Assembly (NCBI RefSeq): GCF_009834535.1
Contig: NC_045696.1
Coordinates: forward strand, 95,668,001 to 95,732,000
Direction: 5' to 3'
DNA from: Camelus ferus
Taxonomy: Eukaryota
Length of the DNA: 64,000 bases
In this document: one piece after another, positions 39,091 through 54,202 of the stretch
Layout: each line of letters starts with the position of its first letter
Position numbering within the stretch: position 1 is the stretch's first letter
Notes under the pieces: model-generated
Database searches by the model: none
Seen by the model: only the letters and a program-made list of their open reading frames with translations
What the model was told of the DNA's origin: nothing
Translations under genes and position numbers: made by a program

Positions 39091-42000
39091 CAAAAAACTA
39101 AAAATAAAAACATACCCTTTCACAGAAGTTATGCCTTGTCTCCAGATCTTCCTTAAGGGGGTAATGTATTGACCTAAATGTCCACATTTGTAAAATAAGT
39201 AAAATGTAACTACTACCATTAAGTCTGCAACTAAAGAAACCCAGAAACGGAAAATATTAAGAAAGCAAAACTAAACAAATTTGAAAGCAAGTGAAATCAA
39301 GTTATTTGAATTTTCAAATAGACAAAGTATGCCTTAATTAATGAAAGATAAGACATGATGTGTCATTAAATAAAATAAGAACTAGAGAAGGGTTGGTTAT
39401 ACATTTTCAGTTGAAACGACATATTAAAATAATACAAATTTTTATTTCCAACTAGAAATGGAAAGCTTTTATACTTAAAAATACAAAATGGCAAAAGTGA
39501 TAATATCAAATAGAGACCATAACAGGAACAATAAAAGAGGAATTAATGGGGGGAAAAAAAGGAAATAACTTTAAAACTAAACTGTATGGACTTTTTCAAA
39601 ATTTTCTAGTGATAGTTTTGTTATAAATATTTCTCCTTGATATAAAAAGCATGGTTTATTATATGGTTTCATTTTTGTCAAGAATTCAAAAATACGGTTT
39701 TTCTCCCGGTCTTGATCAGAGCAAAACTAAAAGGAAAATACTTGCACTAGTATATTATAAAGATAGATACATAGAGCTGAAATTAAATCTTAGGAAACAG
39801 TTTGAAAAATTTTTAAAGTGTTGAAAAATATCTTAGAAAACAGAATTTAGTTACTAATCTGTTAAGAATTTCACTTGGTAAGTGACATGGGGGAAGTACA
39901 TTCTTTTAACTCAACATATTATTTGGGAAAAAAAACCCTACTAATTAAAATTAGGTTCAACACACAAAGAAGGCTTTAGATAATGTATCTACCTCAATAA
40001 AATTATAAGCTTTTGGAAGGACAATGTATGAGAAAGCCTACTCACACACTTAGAGCCTGCTTACTTACCTCCAGGCTCTGCTGAGCAAGTAAGTCCTTAT
40101 TCTGAAGCTTGTTTAGGGGCAGCTTTTCTGGTTTGACTTTTGGTTTAAACGGTCTAATTTAAAAAGTAACCAAACAATCAGAAAATGAGGCAGCCTCAAG
40201 AGCAGAAGCCGGCACATATATCAGGGTTTCCTATGAAGTCAAAGGTGCTTTTGTGTCATTTATTGAATTTTAAATTAGAAGTCCAGAGCACGAAGAGTAA
40301 CTCCTTTCCGGGACAGAGAGGTTGGGTTCCCAATGGCTGTTGCCTTTGCATTTCCATGAGCTCTTGCTCTATACAATTCTTGCCCTTGGCTTTCTGTAAG
40401 CCACTCTTTGTACTTTAAGGATCCCTCTCCCCCGTTTCTTCTCCACTAACTGCTCTATTATTTAGTAGGCTTGAATTTGTTTCTTTTACTTTAAACCAAA
40501 AGAGCCCAAACTAAACAGAATGGATAAAAACTAATTAATCATTATATACTTGAAGTGCCTGACAAAGAAGAGCAGATTAAATATTTGCTGAATAAATAAA
40601 TGAATAAATAAATTATAAACTAGAACATCTGTAACTGATTAAAATTTCAATGAGGAAATAATTCACCATTTCAGATGTGTTTTTAAAATGATTAAAAAAA
40701 ATACACAGAATGATTAATGTCAATTTGTATCTTACTTGGTAATAAATTATAGCTAGGTCCAAAAAATAAAATTCTTAAAAGAGTTTGTCAATTCTGCTTT
40801 TATGAAACAACTCCAAAAAATTTAGACTCTACATCTGTACACAAGTTGTAATTATATAACAGTTATGGCAGTTTCAACTTATAAAAAATAAGATATTTGG
40901 TGAAATAAATTATCTGAGGGCTGATATATATATTCTATCAAATGACATAAGGATAAAACTAGAATTTCCTCCATTCATCTTAGGGGTAAGGGTAGGACTT
41001 TTGTGTACAAAACTGTTGTCTATGTAAAAATTCTACACATTGGATTTTAAAAATACAAAGTTAACTTCCTAAATATCATATTTTCAAAGTTCATTTTCAT
41101 TAGAGACTCAGTACATTGTTATACAAAAAATGGCCATTCTCTTCATAAAAATTGATACTATTTATTAAACAAGTAATACAGACTTGTTTGAATATAATCA
41201 CTTCCTATTTTTTTATTCCATGAGCTGACTCAGGAAGCATTTATTTAGTTTTTAAGTATAAAGCACTGTGATAGGCACCAGAGGGGAGTACAGAAATAAA
41301 AAATAGGTAAACTACTACTAAGAAAAAAGAGGATGAAATTGTCACTGCTTATAAGTAAGTAGTTTTTACTGGAGAATTAAAGAAGATGTATTTTCGAATT
41401 GAGCCTTGGAGAATGAAATGGACTATGTTCACCCAAGTGGTGTTAATTGACCAAAGCCCTGATGTGATGTGGGCATAATTTTGCTAAATTTTATCATTTG
41501 TTTCTAGAAGTGAAATTATAAGTTGATCAGTGGTAGACTTTGGAGGCAAACAAAAATGGATCTTAAACACTCAATGATTGATAAAACTGAGGGGAAAACA
41601 AGCAAACAGTTCTGACTTCAGGCTAGTGTTAGACTTAAGTAAACTTGGAAACAACAAATTCCAAAGTTCATGTTTTTGCCATTCTCATTGTGTTCAACTT
41701 ATAGCCCTAAGTTGCTCTGACTCTTACATAGTAGTTGGTGTACAATAACAGCCAATTGACTTGGAGAGAACACGAGGAGACAACAGTATATCAGGAGAAA
41801 GGAATGGTAAGGACAGGTGCAGAGCACAGTCTTTGGAGGATGAAACCTGTTGTGTCTCATGCAGTAGGTACTGAACAGACCCCTCCAATCTTGAGACTCC
41901 TGATAGTCTAAGCTGAGTTATCTCGGAGCTTGATGTGAAATTCATATTTTTATTTATGAAGTGAAAGTTAAGGGTTAGAAAATTAAGGATCTGTACCATC

Positions 42001-42600
42001 ATTATTCCTGGCCTTGTGACACTTGGCTCTCACCCCTTGTTTTCCAAGAATGGTCCTCTTACTGATGGCAAGACACCACATGATTGTTGGGGATACTGAC
42101 ATCTGCTCACATACTGAGAAAGAGATTCATCCCATTTTCAGTTACCTTTCAACCAAAGGAATACATCAAGAAGAAAGTCCAATTTTGATTCTCTCAATTT
42201 TTAATATTCTTTAACACTTGCTATTATCCTTTTTAAAAGGGAGGTATGAAGTCTCAGGCTCAGAAAATTGACAGGCAAGGGTATTCAGTATTTATTAGTA
42301 TTCTGTGTTCATTACATTCATGAGAGGTGATATTGGCTTCCTATTTATGATATAATATGAAGTTTTTAAGAACCAACGTATTTAATTTACAAATAGTTAC
42401 TAAGAAACATTAAGAAATTAATAGTATATTTTTCACATAGGTATGGTGAAGTGACAAGGCTGTTACATACCTTAGTGAAGTGCTGAGCCACTGCTGTGAG
42501 CTGAGGAAGAACCTGAGAGGGTGCGCTGTAGACTTAACAGGACCCAGTCAGCTAGAAGTCCCAGAACAGAAATTACAGGGCCCTTCTTTTCATGTGCCTT

Positions 42601-43157
42601 TGTGGGGGAAGAAGAAATTTTCCTCTACCCCTCTAGGTTCTTCTGGCTGGTCTAAGAATTAAATTGACATGAGACAGATTAACTGGAGAAAATCAAAATT
42701 TAGTAACATGTATACATGGGAAACACCCAGAAGAACTGAGTAGCTCAGCAAAATGCCTGAAACCCTCCCCTAAATACTGTCTTAAGTTAAACACAAAAAA
42801 AGGATGTTGGGAGTAGTGGTTTGGGACTTTAAAGGGGAGGATGTAGAGTTGGAAAAGCAAGTGTTCGGTAAATAAATGTTTGCTAGGCCCTGGAGAGACA
42901 ACAGGACACAGAGTGGACTCTGACCTCTAGGCCTTGCTTCGTTTCTCCTGCCACACCTGTCCTATATTTTTTGAAGAGATCTCTGGTGATAGCTCTATTC
43001 CAGGAACAGGCCCTCCACTGAAATTATTTTAAAGCAGTTAGGGGGAAAGTCAAAGTGCCTTCCTGACTCTTTTGGTCCCTGATTGTTTCTAGCTTGAAAA
43101 AACTGGCATGCCAGACACATTTGGCAGTGGCAAGTCTGCACATTTTGCTCCCCAGTA
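42601..43157 (-). mobile_element. MER34-related solo LTR with 4-bp TSD CCTT
   Basis: The first ~85 bp are the reverse complement of the 3' end of the 36808-37356 LTR. cctt flanks both ends (42597-42600 and 43158-43161). Confidence 0.85.
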
Positions 43158-46100
43158 CCTTCAGTTTAGGAGACAGCTCTCTAAGTCGATATTCAGCAAT
43201 CATGTTCATGATAGATGGCTTCAGGAAGACAAAGCCAGCTGTTGCTTTTAATCCTGTGCACTATGAAAGCAGGGAAAGAGATGTTTGCTTTCTCTTCTCT
43301 TTGTGTTAGCACCATAATAAAGTATGCCTTTTTCTGCTGTTTGCTTTTGACCTCAAGGTCAGTTGTATCTTTTCTACAAAGTTGCTCAAGCTGGTTGTTT
43401 TTCCATTACTGGTGCAAGAAGGGGTGGATCCAACTTAAATGTACAGTTTTGGTTTTTATCTGAATTTTTGTTTTTATTTTGGCTGTGTTTGATAAGGAAT
43501 AAATATATAGGGCCCTAAAGAATGTTCTTTAGAATTGAAAAAAAAAAGTTTTCTTTATAAAGAAACATGCGTTGCTTTTAAAATTAAAGTCATACTTTCA
43601 TTATAAGTTAGAAGTATATCCCCTCTATGTACAGAAATAAAACATATATGTGACTAAGGAAAAGATTATTTGTAGAATATGGTATGTTTTATAATAAAAT
43701 GCTTATTCAGTTACAAATTTTAAATTAATTATATTTAATGAAAAATTTTAACCATTAAATATTTTGGTTACAGACTCATGATTGTGTTATACTCAAATTA
43801 TCAGACCAAATTAAACTCAATAATCAGATCAGGAAACTAACATCAATATAGTAATTAGTTTGGTAGCTAATTATACTGACTTAAAAATAAATACTGTATT
43901 TGACAAGTTCTGAATACTGCTTTCTTTTTTAATGATCTTCACAAATTTGTGAAACTTGAACTATTTGCTAATGGAGACAAAGTTTGAACCTATCGTTTTT
44001 ATTGATGGTCTTAGTTACAAACACATGCTAGTAGCCCAATTGACACTATTCTTTTTATTTACCACCTATTTCTTTCTGTTTGGAGTTATTCCAATTGGTT
44101 AGTCCAAATACTCTGAACCATCTTTTCTTTTGGAATATGTTTATTCTGAATCTGAGCAGCAACCAGTCTGTCTTCAACTGCTCTTATTATTGTGTAGTCG
44201 ATTCATTTATAACCTCATCTTTGCACAAGCTCAATTATTTGCAGGTTTACTGGAAAGACTTGTGTGCTTGTAGAGTCTGTTTCCTTAAAATTTTAACATT
44301 CTTTGCTTCAGTATCACTGATGCCGCAAATATGCTTTGGTTTCTTGGCCTTTGTTTTCCCTCAGAGTTCATGACATCCCTTCCTCCCACCCTACCGAGGA
44401 GCAACCCAGATTACTATCATTGTGCTAGAAATTTCAGCTGGCACTTCCTGGAGTTTGTAAGTTTTCTTTCACAAATAGCAGCTTTATTTTAGATGTGACA
44501 TTCCGTGTAGTCTTTTAAATTGGTTTGCTTCTTTTGAAATGTTTATAGGAGCTGAACACCCAAAACTAACAAAGAAAAATCAATTTGTCTTTCTTTTGTG
44601 GTGTGTTGCCTTCTGGTGGCAGCTTCGTGTAAAGCAAGTGAATATCATATTTTGAAGTAAGTATTAAATGTTGAAAGGAATTTAAGAAATGTTTCTCAGA
44701 TGTGAGCACTTGTGGACTGTCAAGTGTACCTTTGAGGACTACAAAGATTCTTAGACTATATATTGAGAAAATGTTTCGTAGAAATTCAAAGCCTCTGCCT
44801 TAGCTTTTGGCTTCGTGGTGGTCCCCAGCTATAAGGTGGTCATCTAAATTATCCACGATTTGCCTGTGTGGTTAGATTATCATAATTATGAAGACAAAAT
44901 ACTTAAAAATTCCCCTGGAGGACTTGTGGACACTTAACATAGATCTGTAGACCTCAGTTTGAAAAATACTGACCAGCTCCTCCATGGTGATTTCACAGGT
45001 GAGAAAGCGAAGTCCCGATGGGTGAGGAGGCCATGTCCAGGGTCACCAAAGAGTTATAGGCAGAAAGCTTCATAAGAAAATTGTGTGTGTGTACATATAA
45101 CATAGTTTGTACCCACCTGGTTTTCCTTTGCTTTCAATCTTGAAACAATACACTGTACTTTACTCAAAGGTTATGGTCATGTTGAAACCTGAGTCATTAC
45201 CTGGGAAAATGGCATCGCAATTACTTGTGTTTGTGTTTATGCTTTCCTTTATTCATTTAAGAATCTACTGACCCATTAAACATGGAAAGCTAAAAACCAA
45301 TTGCCTCACCAAAAAAGAAAACAAATCCCCTAATTCATAGAAGAATTGCGTGTAATATAAAAGATGAAAGATATGGGATAAGTAATAAAAGTCTAAATCA
45401 AGTGTAATATTAATAATACTGTAGTTCAGAGATTACCTGTTTAAATATTCAAAATTTAAGAACTTATAATACAACATCAAACATTGACCTATTAGTTACC
45501 AAAATATGCCAGGAGATAATTATCATTGGACACCTTTCAAAAGCTACAAACATTGGCATTTAAAATTTAGGCAAACAAAGAAACGATGTCAGCACCAGCA
45601 ATGAAGTGCACATCTGGCATGCCGCATCCCCATCGGAGCAATTTCTAAGGACAGCCAGCTACAGTACTAGTTAATGTGACTCTTCCTCTCTCAGGCAATG
45701 ATAACTCAATTTATTTTGTAAAGAAGTGATAAAGAAGTCCTTTCAAAATCTATCCATGGGACACTGAATGAATGCAAAAAAGCTCCCAGCTGAATTGCTT
45801 CATATAGCATTTTTTGACAATTGCTTCAAAGAACCAATTTCTGTAAAGTTTGTAAAAGTAAAAATCTTGACATTCTTGAAATATATATCTATGTATAGTT
45901 TACATAGTAATTTCATTCTTAAAAATAACTTCAAGAATTAAAGAAATATCTTTCTTTAGTTTATTCAAAGATGTTGGTTTTGAGGCATTTATTCCTACTT
46001 TTAAATATTTTTGTATGCTTAACTGAAGCAGGCTGAGATTTTTCTAAACCACTTTAACAGATATTAAAACTTGATCTTTTTAGATATATAGTGTAAGACT

Positions 46101-49019
46101 GTCACACAATTGCCATTTTAGCTTCTGCTTTCCGGAGACCACAAGGGGGCGGACTAAGAACAAATGAAAGAAAATAATCTTCAGTGTAACCTCCTATTCT
46201 GGTGAAAGTTACATTCAAATTGAATGGTTTTAATTTCTTTTTATTGCATTTTATCTTGTTTTCTTCTGACTGTGAAAGCAATTTCACAATTTCTTTGCAA
46301 ATATTGAAAAATTTATCGAGCACTAAAAGTCTAAACTCATTTGATTGACCATACCCAGCTTATCTCTTCTTCTGAGAGAGATGAATAGAAGCAGAATGGT
46401 GTTGAAGTCACAAATTATGTTGGAGGAATGCATTTTCATAGTTTTCATTCCATTATTTTCCACTAATTAATGTTCCTTATGATATTTTATTTTAAAATGG
46501 AATAATATTCAGTATAACTAATGTTTTATTTGTTTTATACCATGTTTTATACAATGTTTTATATGTAATTTATACCAATTACATAACTGTTTTAACAAGA
46601 AATGGTTTGTGTACTCTTGTATTTCTTTTACTGCTGTTGTGATTTCATAGTTTGATTGAAACTTTTAAACATTCCTCTATATTTACTTGAAGACCATTTC
46701 ATTAGTTGGGAAAATATTTTCTAACAGGAGCTTTTTTTTATCCAGGGAGGTATTATATTTGTATGTGCTCATCTATCCAGAAATGATAATTACTGTGCAA
46801 TAATTATGGAACTAAACCACTGAAAACCATTCTTAGGCACAAGAAGGAAAAGTTAATATTTGCGTTAATCCTTAATAATTAACAGAATGTTCAGAAAAGA
46901 TCTTTACCGAAGTCAACCTTTTGATCCACTATAAATAAATGAGACTTAGCTAATATGTTAATCTACATTACTTCTAAATTCAACTAGATTTAAAAGTGGA
47001 AATTACCTAACAGCCTACATACTTAAATATATTCAAGTGAGGTGCTTCACTTAAATTATTATGGATAAGACAGGAAGTTTCCTGTTCAGTTAGCCCCTGT
47101 CTCTAATTCTAAAGTACTGGTTGAGATTTAGTCCAGGTGTATTGCCTCCTACACTCCAAGTAATCATAATTTAATCTCACTGCCTATTCTTTTCTTTGAG
47201 ATAAAAAAAAAATGTTTAAATATGGTATTTAATTCATAGAATAAAGATTTTTAAAGTGATAAACTTGTGGTTAGATAGACATTGTGCATCTTAACCTAGG
47301 GATAAAGTGAATGGAAGAACGACTGAAATTTGAACTGTTTACTGAAAGGCCAACTCCCATGTCATCCTGCTGAACTGATCCTTACTCCCGACAAGTTAAA
47401 AGGCTTTGAAAAATGGGAAATACGTTTTCTAATCTGCAGGTCTTTTACAGGCATAGAATTTTAAAGCCCATAACAAAAGTTGATAAATAATGATAAATTA
47501 CATACAATCAGCCATGTTTTAGGGAGGAAGAGATTTAATTTCCAGGCAGAATAACTTTGGACACTGTCAGGATCAGAAGGATGTAACTTCTAGCTTTAGT
47601 AACACTGAATTCCTTTTTGGATGACATGATCTCAACTGGTATGCCTGGCTTATCCTGGCAGTAGTTAGAACTTGTCTCTCAGGTCCCAGAAGTGGGAGAG
47701 ACTGCAGGCTTGCTGGGTTCTACCCCAGGCATGGTAGCGGGGGCTCCCTCCAGAATGAGTCATCTCCTGAGGACTTACAGGAGGTTGAGATCTTTTGAGA
47801 ATCTGGGAACTCAGCTTGGAAGAGAAGAGTGACGTCATGTGGTCAAGAGACAAAATGGAGTAAATGTTTGAGAGTCAGCTATTTATTTTCTTGCGAGAGA
47901 GATCTCTCACTCAGATGTACCCTCTGAATGGTATTAACAGATGTTCTTTGAGAGAAAACAGCTGTAGAATGAAACAGCCGTTCTTCTTAGGCAGGTACCT
48001 CATCTTCAGAGCCTTAAATGTAAAAAAAAAAAAAAAGAAGGCAGCAAAAAATCTCGTTTTCTAGAAACTGACAACTGAGAAGCTTCTCCAGCTCACCCTC
48101 AGCCTCCTTTCAGAATTCTAGTCTTTCATAAGAGACGTGAGCTTTAAGGGATCTCAGGCTTTCCAAAAGGGGGTACATTTTTATTTTATAATAATGCTCT
48201 AGCCTAGATAGAGAAAAGGAAGAGCTGAGAATTTTAGAAATGCAACTAGAAATAATTCCAGCCCTAAGCAAGAGAGAGAAGTAAATACCAGCCCTGGGAA
48301 GACACTCCTATCTAGGGTAATGCCCACCAAGATTAGACTCCACTTCATACGATAATATATATATATATTTTTTAATTGAAAAAGGCATGCCAGAATATGT
48401 AAAATTTTGTGGACTAGAAGGGTAGGTATAAATTATGTGGCACATTCAATAATATTGGGTAATTTCCTAGCTTTTGCCAGGCAGGCTCTCCTCAGGCCTA
48501 GGCTAAGATGCTCAGAGCACAGAGGATATCCAAATTCTTCCTTCTGGCTCCTGACTCCTGCACCTTCTGCCCCCTCTCCAATCTAGTGAGTTTCTAAATA
48601 CCTGAGCACCTTTGTAGTACATCGGGTATTTGTGCAGCTCACACACTCCCCTGCTTTCGCCCATCGCATACATCTGGTGCAAAAACCGGCCTGAGCCCAG
48701 TGTGTTAGGAAGAATACATGCTACTATTTGCAGTGATTATTTTACAGTGTTCAGTGCTGTTTACCCTATTGAGGTACATCCAAAATATGTTCTGAATGAA
48801 GGCACTGATTGATTTATACAGTAAATAATTAAACATGATTAACTCTTGATGGTCTACCTGATACACTATGCACAATGGAGCTGTGGAGCTTTGGGGGCAG
48901 ACTCGGGAAACTTGAGACTTGCCTGAGGTGAGCTAGGTAGTTAGCAGTTTTATACTTATTCCTCCTCTCCCACCTCCCTCCCTAAGAAGGGAAACGTAGC
49001 TTCCAGTATCCTTAAGTAA

Positions 49020-49190
49020 TTGATAGGACAGACTTTGAAAATGGCCTGTCTGGGGCTGATTTCCAGCAATGCCACTTACTAGCCATGTGACCTTGGAAAC
49101 TTACATCACCTCTATTTCTTCCTTTTCACTTCTCTGCAAAGTACAAATATTAATATTTACCTCATAAAGTTGTGAGAACTAAAGAAGTCT
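49020..49190 (+). mobile_element. MIR SINE
   Basis: gccacttactagccatgtgaccttgga ... tacctcataaagttgtgagaa. Confidence 0.7.
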
Positions 49191-49399
49191 ATGTATATAT
49201 ACACATACACATTTATATTTCTATGCTCCTTTAGTTCTGTGACAGACATCCAGGATAGTCTAAGATTTCTACCTCCTAAAGTAAGATCTGACACATTTTA
49301 AGTGCTCTATAATAAGTAACACCCATTATAACTGAGAAATGAAAGCACTCACGTAGTGTTGGCGCTCTTTTGGTGAACAGGAATATTCCTTACTAAGGC

Positions 49400-49560
49400 G
49401 CTAGTGTCTCTCCAGCACACTGAAATCTCATGGAGAGTTTTAAAAACACTGATGCTTGTGCCTTGTTTCTCCCAGAGATTCAGACTTAATCTCTTGGGGT
49501 GCAGCTTCAGCATGTGATGTTTTACAGTTCAGTAGGTGATAATAATATGAGACAACTGCC
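49400..49560. mobile_element. MER5-like hAT-Charlie relic
   Basis: taaaaacactgatgct...cccagagattcagacttaat...ggggtgcagc. Confidence 0.55.
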
Positions 49561-49974
49561 CTATGTCAGAGAAAAAAAAAGTTTGCCTTCATATTATGCT
49601 TAAAGGCTCAGGAAAGGGAAGAGGAAGACACAGAAAGTAGCTGTCTGATCCACAGGTTTGTAATAGCCTGACACTTTTCCATACCTATTTTTCTTTTGAC
49701 AGAAATGATCACTCCCTTCCTCTTGTAATTCCTGTTTCCCTGTACTTTCCTCAGAGACACTCTCCTAGCTAAACTGCAGCTTGCGAGGCTGCATGATCTC
49801 TGCAGAAATAGCTGACTCCTCATTCTTTTTCCAGTTAGCATCACAGCAGTCCACCCACCACACTGTGACCATGAAGAACATGCCATGCATTGCAATGTAA
49901 ACCTCACATGGCTCCCCAGCCTTTCAGAGCAAGTATTCAAAGTGTTTGGCTTAGCAGCCTAGTCAATTAATATT

Positions 49975-50395
49975 CATAGTTCAATTGTATGTATATGCTA
50001 CATTTTGTCTATTCATTCACCACACAGTGGACATTGGGTTGTGTCTCCTTTGGGGGTTTTATAAATAATGCTATGTATGTACAAGCTTTTGTAGACATAT
50101 GTTTTCATTTTCCTTGTGTTTATACCTAGGAGTGGAAACTGTATCATATGCTAACTCTGTATTTAAACTTTAGAGGAACTGCCAAATTGTTTTCCAAAGT
50201 GGCTGCACATTTTTACATTCTCACCAAAAGTAGGGAGGGTTCTAATTTCTTCATGTCCTAGCTAACACTTCTTATTATCTATTTTTTAAATTAGTTATCC
50301 TGGTAGGTGTGAAGTGATACCTCATTGTAGTTTTGATTTGCATTTCTCTGCTGGCTGATGATGTTGAGCGTCTTTTCATATGCTTATCGGCTTTT
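49975..50395 (-). mobile_element. Old L1 ORF2 3' fragment
   Basis: atacctaggagtggaa, gaggaactgccaaattgttttccaaagtggctgcac, ctcattgtagttttgatttgcatttc. Confidence 0.85.
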
Positions 50396-50707
50396 TAAAT
50401 TTTAATAGAATCAAGATTGTCTAATTTTTATAGAATATTATTTTTCTGTAAAAGAAATAAAAGTATATTGCATAAAAAAATTAAACTATATTTTACCTTT
50501 AAGGTGAATCAAACATAGGCATATATTTTAGTGTCATTTGACGTGCCATCTTTAAGAAAATTATCTTTAAAAATAAAGTTAGAAATCAAAACTTAGTATA
50601 AGTTTAGATTTTCTAATTGCTTTTAAAAATTTTTATTCTAACGACTACGTAACTATGTTCCAACTTTATAATGATTTAACCTGATAAATAGTCGTATCTG
50701 TTATTTC

Positions 50708-51223
50708 TGTTGACTGAAATAAATGCACAGCCTAGAAGTTGAGAGTTAATGTTTTATTTGGCGGACATTTCTGAGAACTTGAGCCCCTTCGAGCCCAGAA
50801 TGACAGCCTCTTAGATCGCTCTGAGGGACTCCTCCCAAGAGGTAGGGGAGGAGCTAGGATATGTAGAAGTTTTACAACAAAGACCAGGTAGTTGGAACAT
50901 TAAAAGATTACTTGTTAACTAAAGAAAACCAGGCATCTCAAGTTAAAGAATTTAGTGCTTTTCTCTGTAACGGAGGAAGCAAACATTTGGGCTCATTGAA
51001 TTCATTCCTTTGACAAGCACCTAGCTGTCTAGGGCCAGTAGTCTTGTCCTTTCTTATTCTGAGTGCCTTCAAGGTGCACCATTGTGAGTGGCTGCAGAGG
51101 CTGGGCTGCAGGCTTGTCTTCACTGGGGGGTGGCGGCAGCCGCTGATGACTTGATTGACTTGATGGTTTCAGCATTCTTTGTCTACTGATATGGTTTATG
51201 GTTTGCAGTATTTTTTGTTCACT
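50708..51223 (-). mobile_element. Solo ERV1 LTR with 4-bp TSD TTTC
   Basis: Homologous over its full length to the proviral LTRs. tttc at 50704-50707 and 51224-51227. Confidence 0.92.
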
Positions 51224-53727
51224 TTTCTTAACTTTTCCTTCATTTTCTGAAGTTTAAGTAGGTGTATATGACTCTAACGTAGTTCTCCCTAATAGTTTGC
51301 CCCTAATTTTACTGTCCCTAAGTGTTTTTTCAAACCCAAATAATTGATCTAATGAGCTATTTTAAACTAACTCACTAATTTTGTTTAATTTTATTATATA
51401 TTTTAATATTTTAGACTCATCAAATGCTAGCTACTGGGCTATGTTCCATTTCAGTTGCCACTTCTTTACAATGTTCATCTAAAGTGGGAATTATTTGTGA
51501 TGCCCTTTCATAGATGATCCTTTGACTCCAAGGCCCTCATTTCTAAACACTGTGAGTTTAACACAGAGGAAATCTAGTCCAAGTAGTTATGTCCATAGAC
51601 AATACAGTTAAAATTTATGTGAAAAGAATCTTTACTTTTAGGTCTTCTTTCTGCCTGAATAACACATACACATATACACACATTTTCTTTTTCTTCACTC
51701 TGATCAGCATAGGCCTAGCCATCACTTTCTGTCACCTACTCAGTATTATCTAAGAAACATTTATTTTTGGCATAATTACATGTCAGTCAATAAAGCTGAG
51801 AGAATCTTAGCATGTAAGGCATCTGGTCTGAAAACAAGCCAGCACAGCTCTTGGTTGGTTGATATGGCAACAGCATCAAGTCCGTCTGCTGTCCATCTTG
51901 GAAGTAAGTCTCAATTTTGTGAGGTGGGAATAAAAGGAATAGAAGCAGGATACGAGTGAGAATGGACAAATGAAGAGAAGGATGTTTCCTTCACAAAAAT
52001 CCTATGGTGCTAATTTTTTTCCAGGCAGTTCTGTTTGCTCTGCATTGAAATACTATGTAAAGAAATTTAATGTTGGACTTACTTATAAGAAATACTCTTC
52101 TAAACTCAGTAGAACTTGAGTTTCTCAGTGAAACCTCCTAATTGCTCTTTGTCTCTTTTATCTTTTATCCTGCACATTTGGTCATTGATTCCTTTAAACC
52201 AGTTTCATTCTCTAGAAGACTAACCCCAACTCCCGTACAGAAGAAATATTGATATGACTGTGTTAGGTGATGGTATTTAAACATAAGAAGATAAGTCACT
52301 GACTTGACCAATGTGCTATCATATATGTGAGCCAAGGAAATATAAACAGAATTGTGGTAACTTAGAAGGACCACCTAAATGTGCATGGGACAATAGCAAA
52401 ATGTCTAAAATATAAGCAGGGTAGAGTTATGTTCCCTTAAAACATGAAGCTGGAACATCCTCATCACTGCTTACATCTGCATTACTATCATAAAATGTAT
52501 TTAGCTAAGAGACCTTTGCCTCTTTTTCTCATCTAGAAGGAAGTCTTGATGCTCTTCTTATGCATCTCCAATGCATATCTAATTCTTTTACCAGTGATCT
52601 GAATCTTCCTCCCTCTTATTCCTCTGGGATGTTCCTCCATCAGTCAATACTTCCAGCCCATCTTCCTCTAACATATTGCTATCAATTAACTTTATTATTT
52701 TCAGCTTATGAACTTGATCATGTCTCTTCCACATAAAAAATTAAAATTAAATGGTCTTACTTTACTCCTCTTTCAATCTATCATTCTTTTGCTTATTCCT
52801 TTCATAACTAAATCCGTTTAAGGTCAATGTATATACCTTGAGGGCTCTGAAAAAATATTTCATTCATAAATGGTGGTGAGGCTGCAAAAGAAGGCAGCCA
52901 GAGAAGAAAAACTGAAAAAAAAGAGAGAAACATGATTGCTTAAATACATTTTTAAAAAGTAATTAATTGCAGGAATCAAAATAAAAATAATCAAGGACCT
53001 CTCACAAATTGTAGAGCAAAAAGAAAATACTAGGAAAAAAGTTGTTCTTAAAACTCTTCCATACCTCTACGTGCACATACAGTTAAGATAAAACTTAAGA
53101 TAAAACTTGCTGCCGTTACCCACAGACCACTGTTAATCTAACATCTTTAAGCTAAATTACAACTTCTCTATCAATCCCAGATGTCTCGTGTGATTTCTTA
53201 AATCTGTCGATATTTTGCAACTGGGACTTTTGCTCTTGTTACTGGCTCTGCTCGAAAACTTTTTCCTTAACACTTAGGGTGGCTGGTTCCTTTTCATTAT
53301 TCTGGTCTCTAAGTAGATATTTCCTCTCCAGAGAGGCTTTCTCTGACCATACATCCCCACCCCTGCCATCTGCCCAAATCACTCTTTTTCTACTCCTTTA
53401 TCTCCTTAAAAGTACTTCTCATGATCTTAAATAATTCATTTATTCTTTAGTTTGCTACTAATTTGCTACTTTTCTTCACCATTAACTGTCAGCTCTGTTG
53501 GGGCAGACTCCTTGTTTGCCTGGTAGAATTTCATAGAGAGTTCAATTGTTGAAAAAAGGAGATATAATAGATCAATCTCTAGAAAGATAAATTTTTTTAA
53601 TGAAGGGAATAAAATAATCAAAGAATAGGAAAACATCCCCAAAGAGCCAGAGAGAGCTGCACCTTTTTTGCTGGCCAGCATTAGAACTAGAGCTGCTCAG
53701 GCAGGCGCCAGCCAGTTGCCATGACAC

Positions 53728-54202
53728 TGTTGACTGAAACAAATGCGCAGCCTAAAAGTTGAGAGTTATGTTTTATTTGGTGGGAGGACTCGAGCCGGGA
53801 TGACAGCCTCTCAGACAGCTCTGAGGGACTGCTCCGAAGAGGTAGGGGAGGAGCTGGGATATATAGGAGCTTTCCACCAAAGACCAGGTAGTTGGAACAA
53901 TAAAAGATTACTTGCTATCTAAAGAAAACCAGGCACCCCAAGATAAAGAATTTAGTGCTTTTCTATGTATGGGAGGAAGCAAACATTTGGGCTCATTGAA
54001 TTCATTCCTTTGACAAGCACCTAGCTATCTAGTGCCAGTATCCTGTCCTTTCTTATTCTGAGTCCCTTCAGAGTGCACCACTGTGAGTAGCTGCAGAGGC
54101 TGGGCTGCAGGCCTGCCCTCACTGGGGGTTGGCGGCAGCTGCTAATGACTTGGTTTCAGCATTCTTTGTTTACTGATATGGTTGTGCTTATTTTCGTTCA
54201 TA
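53728..54202 (-). mobile_element. 3' LTR of the provirus
   Basis: tgttgactgaaa...ttttcgttcata; AATAAA on - at 53772-53777; adjacent PPT. Confidence 0.92.

Noticed and set aside
43900..45900. Repeat-poor stretch that might hold conserved non-coding elements or lncRNA exons
   Set aside because: Cannot be supported without alignments or expression data.
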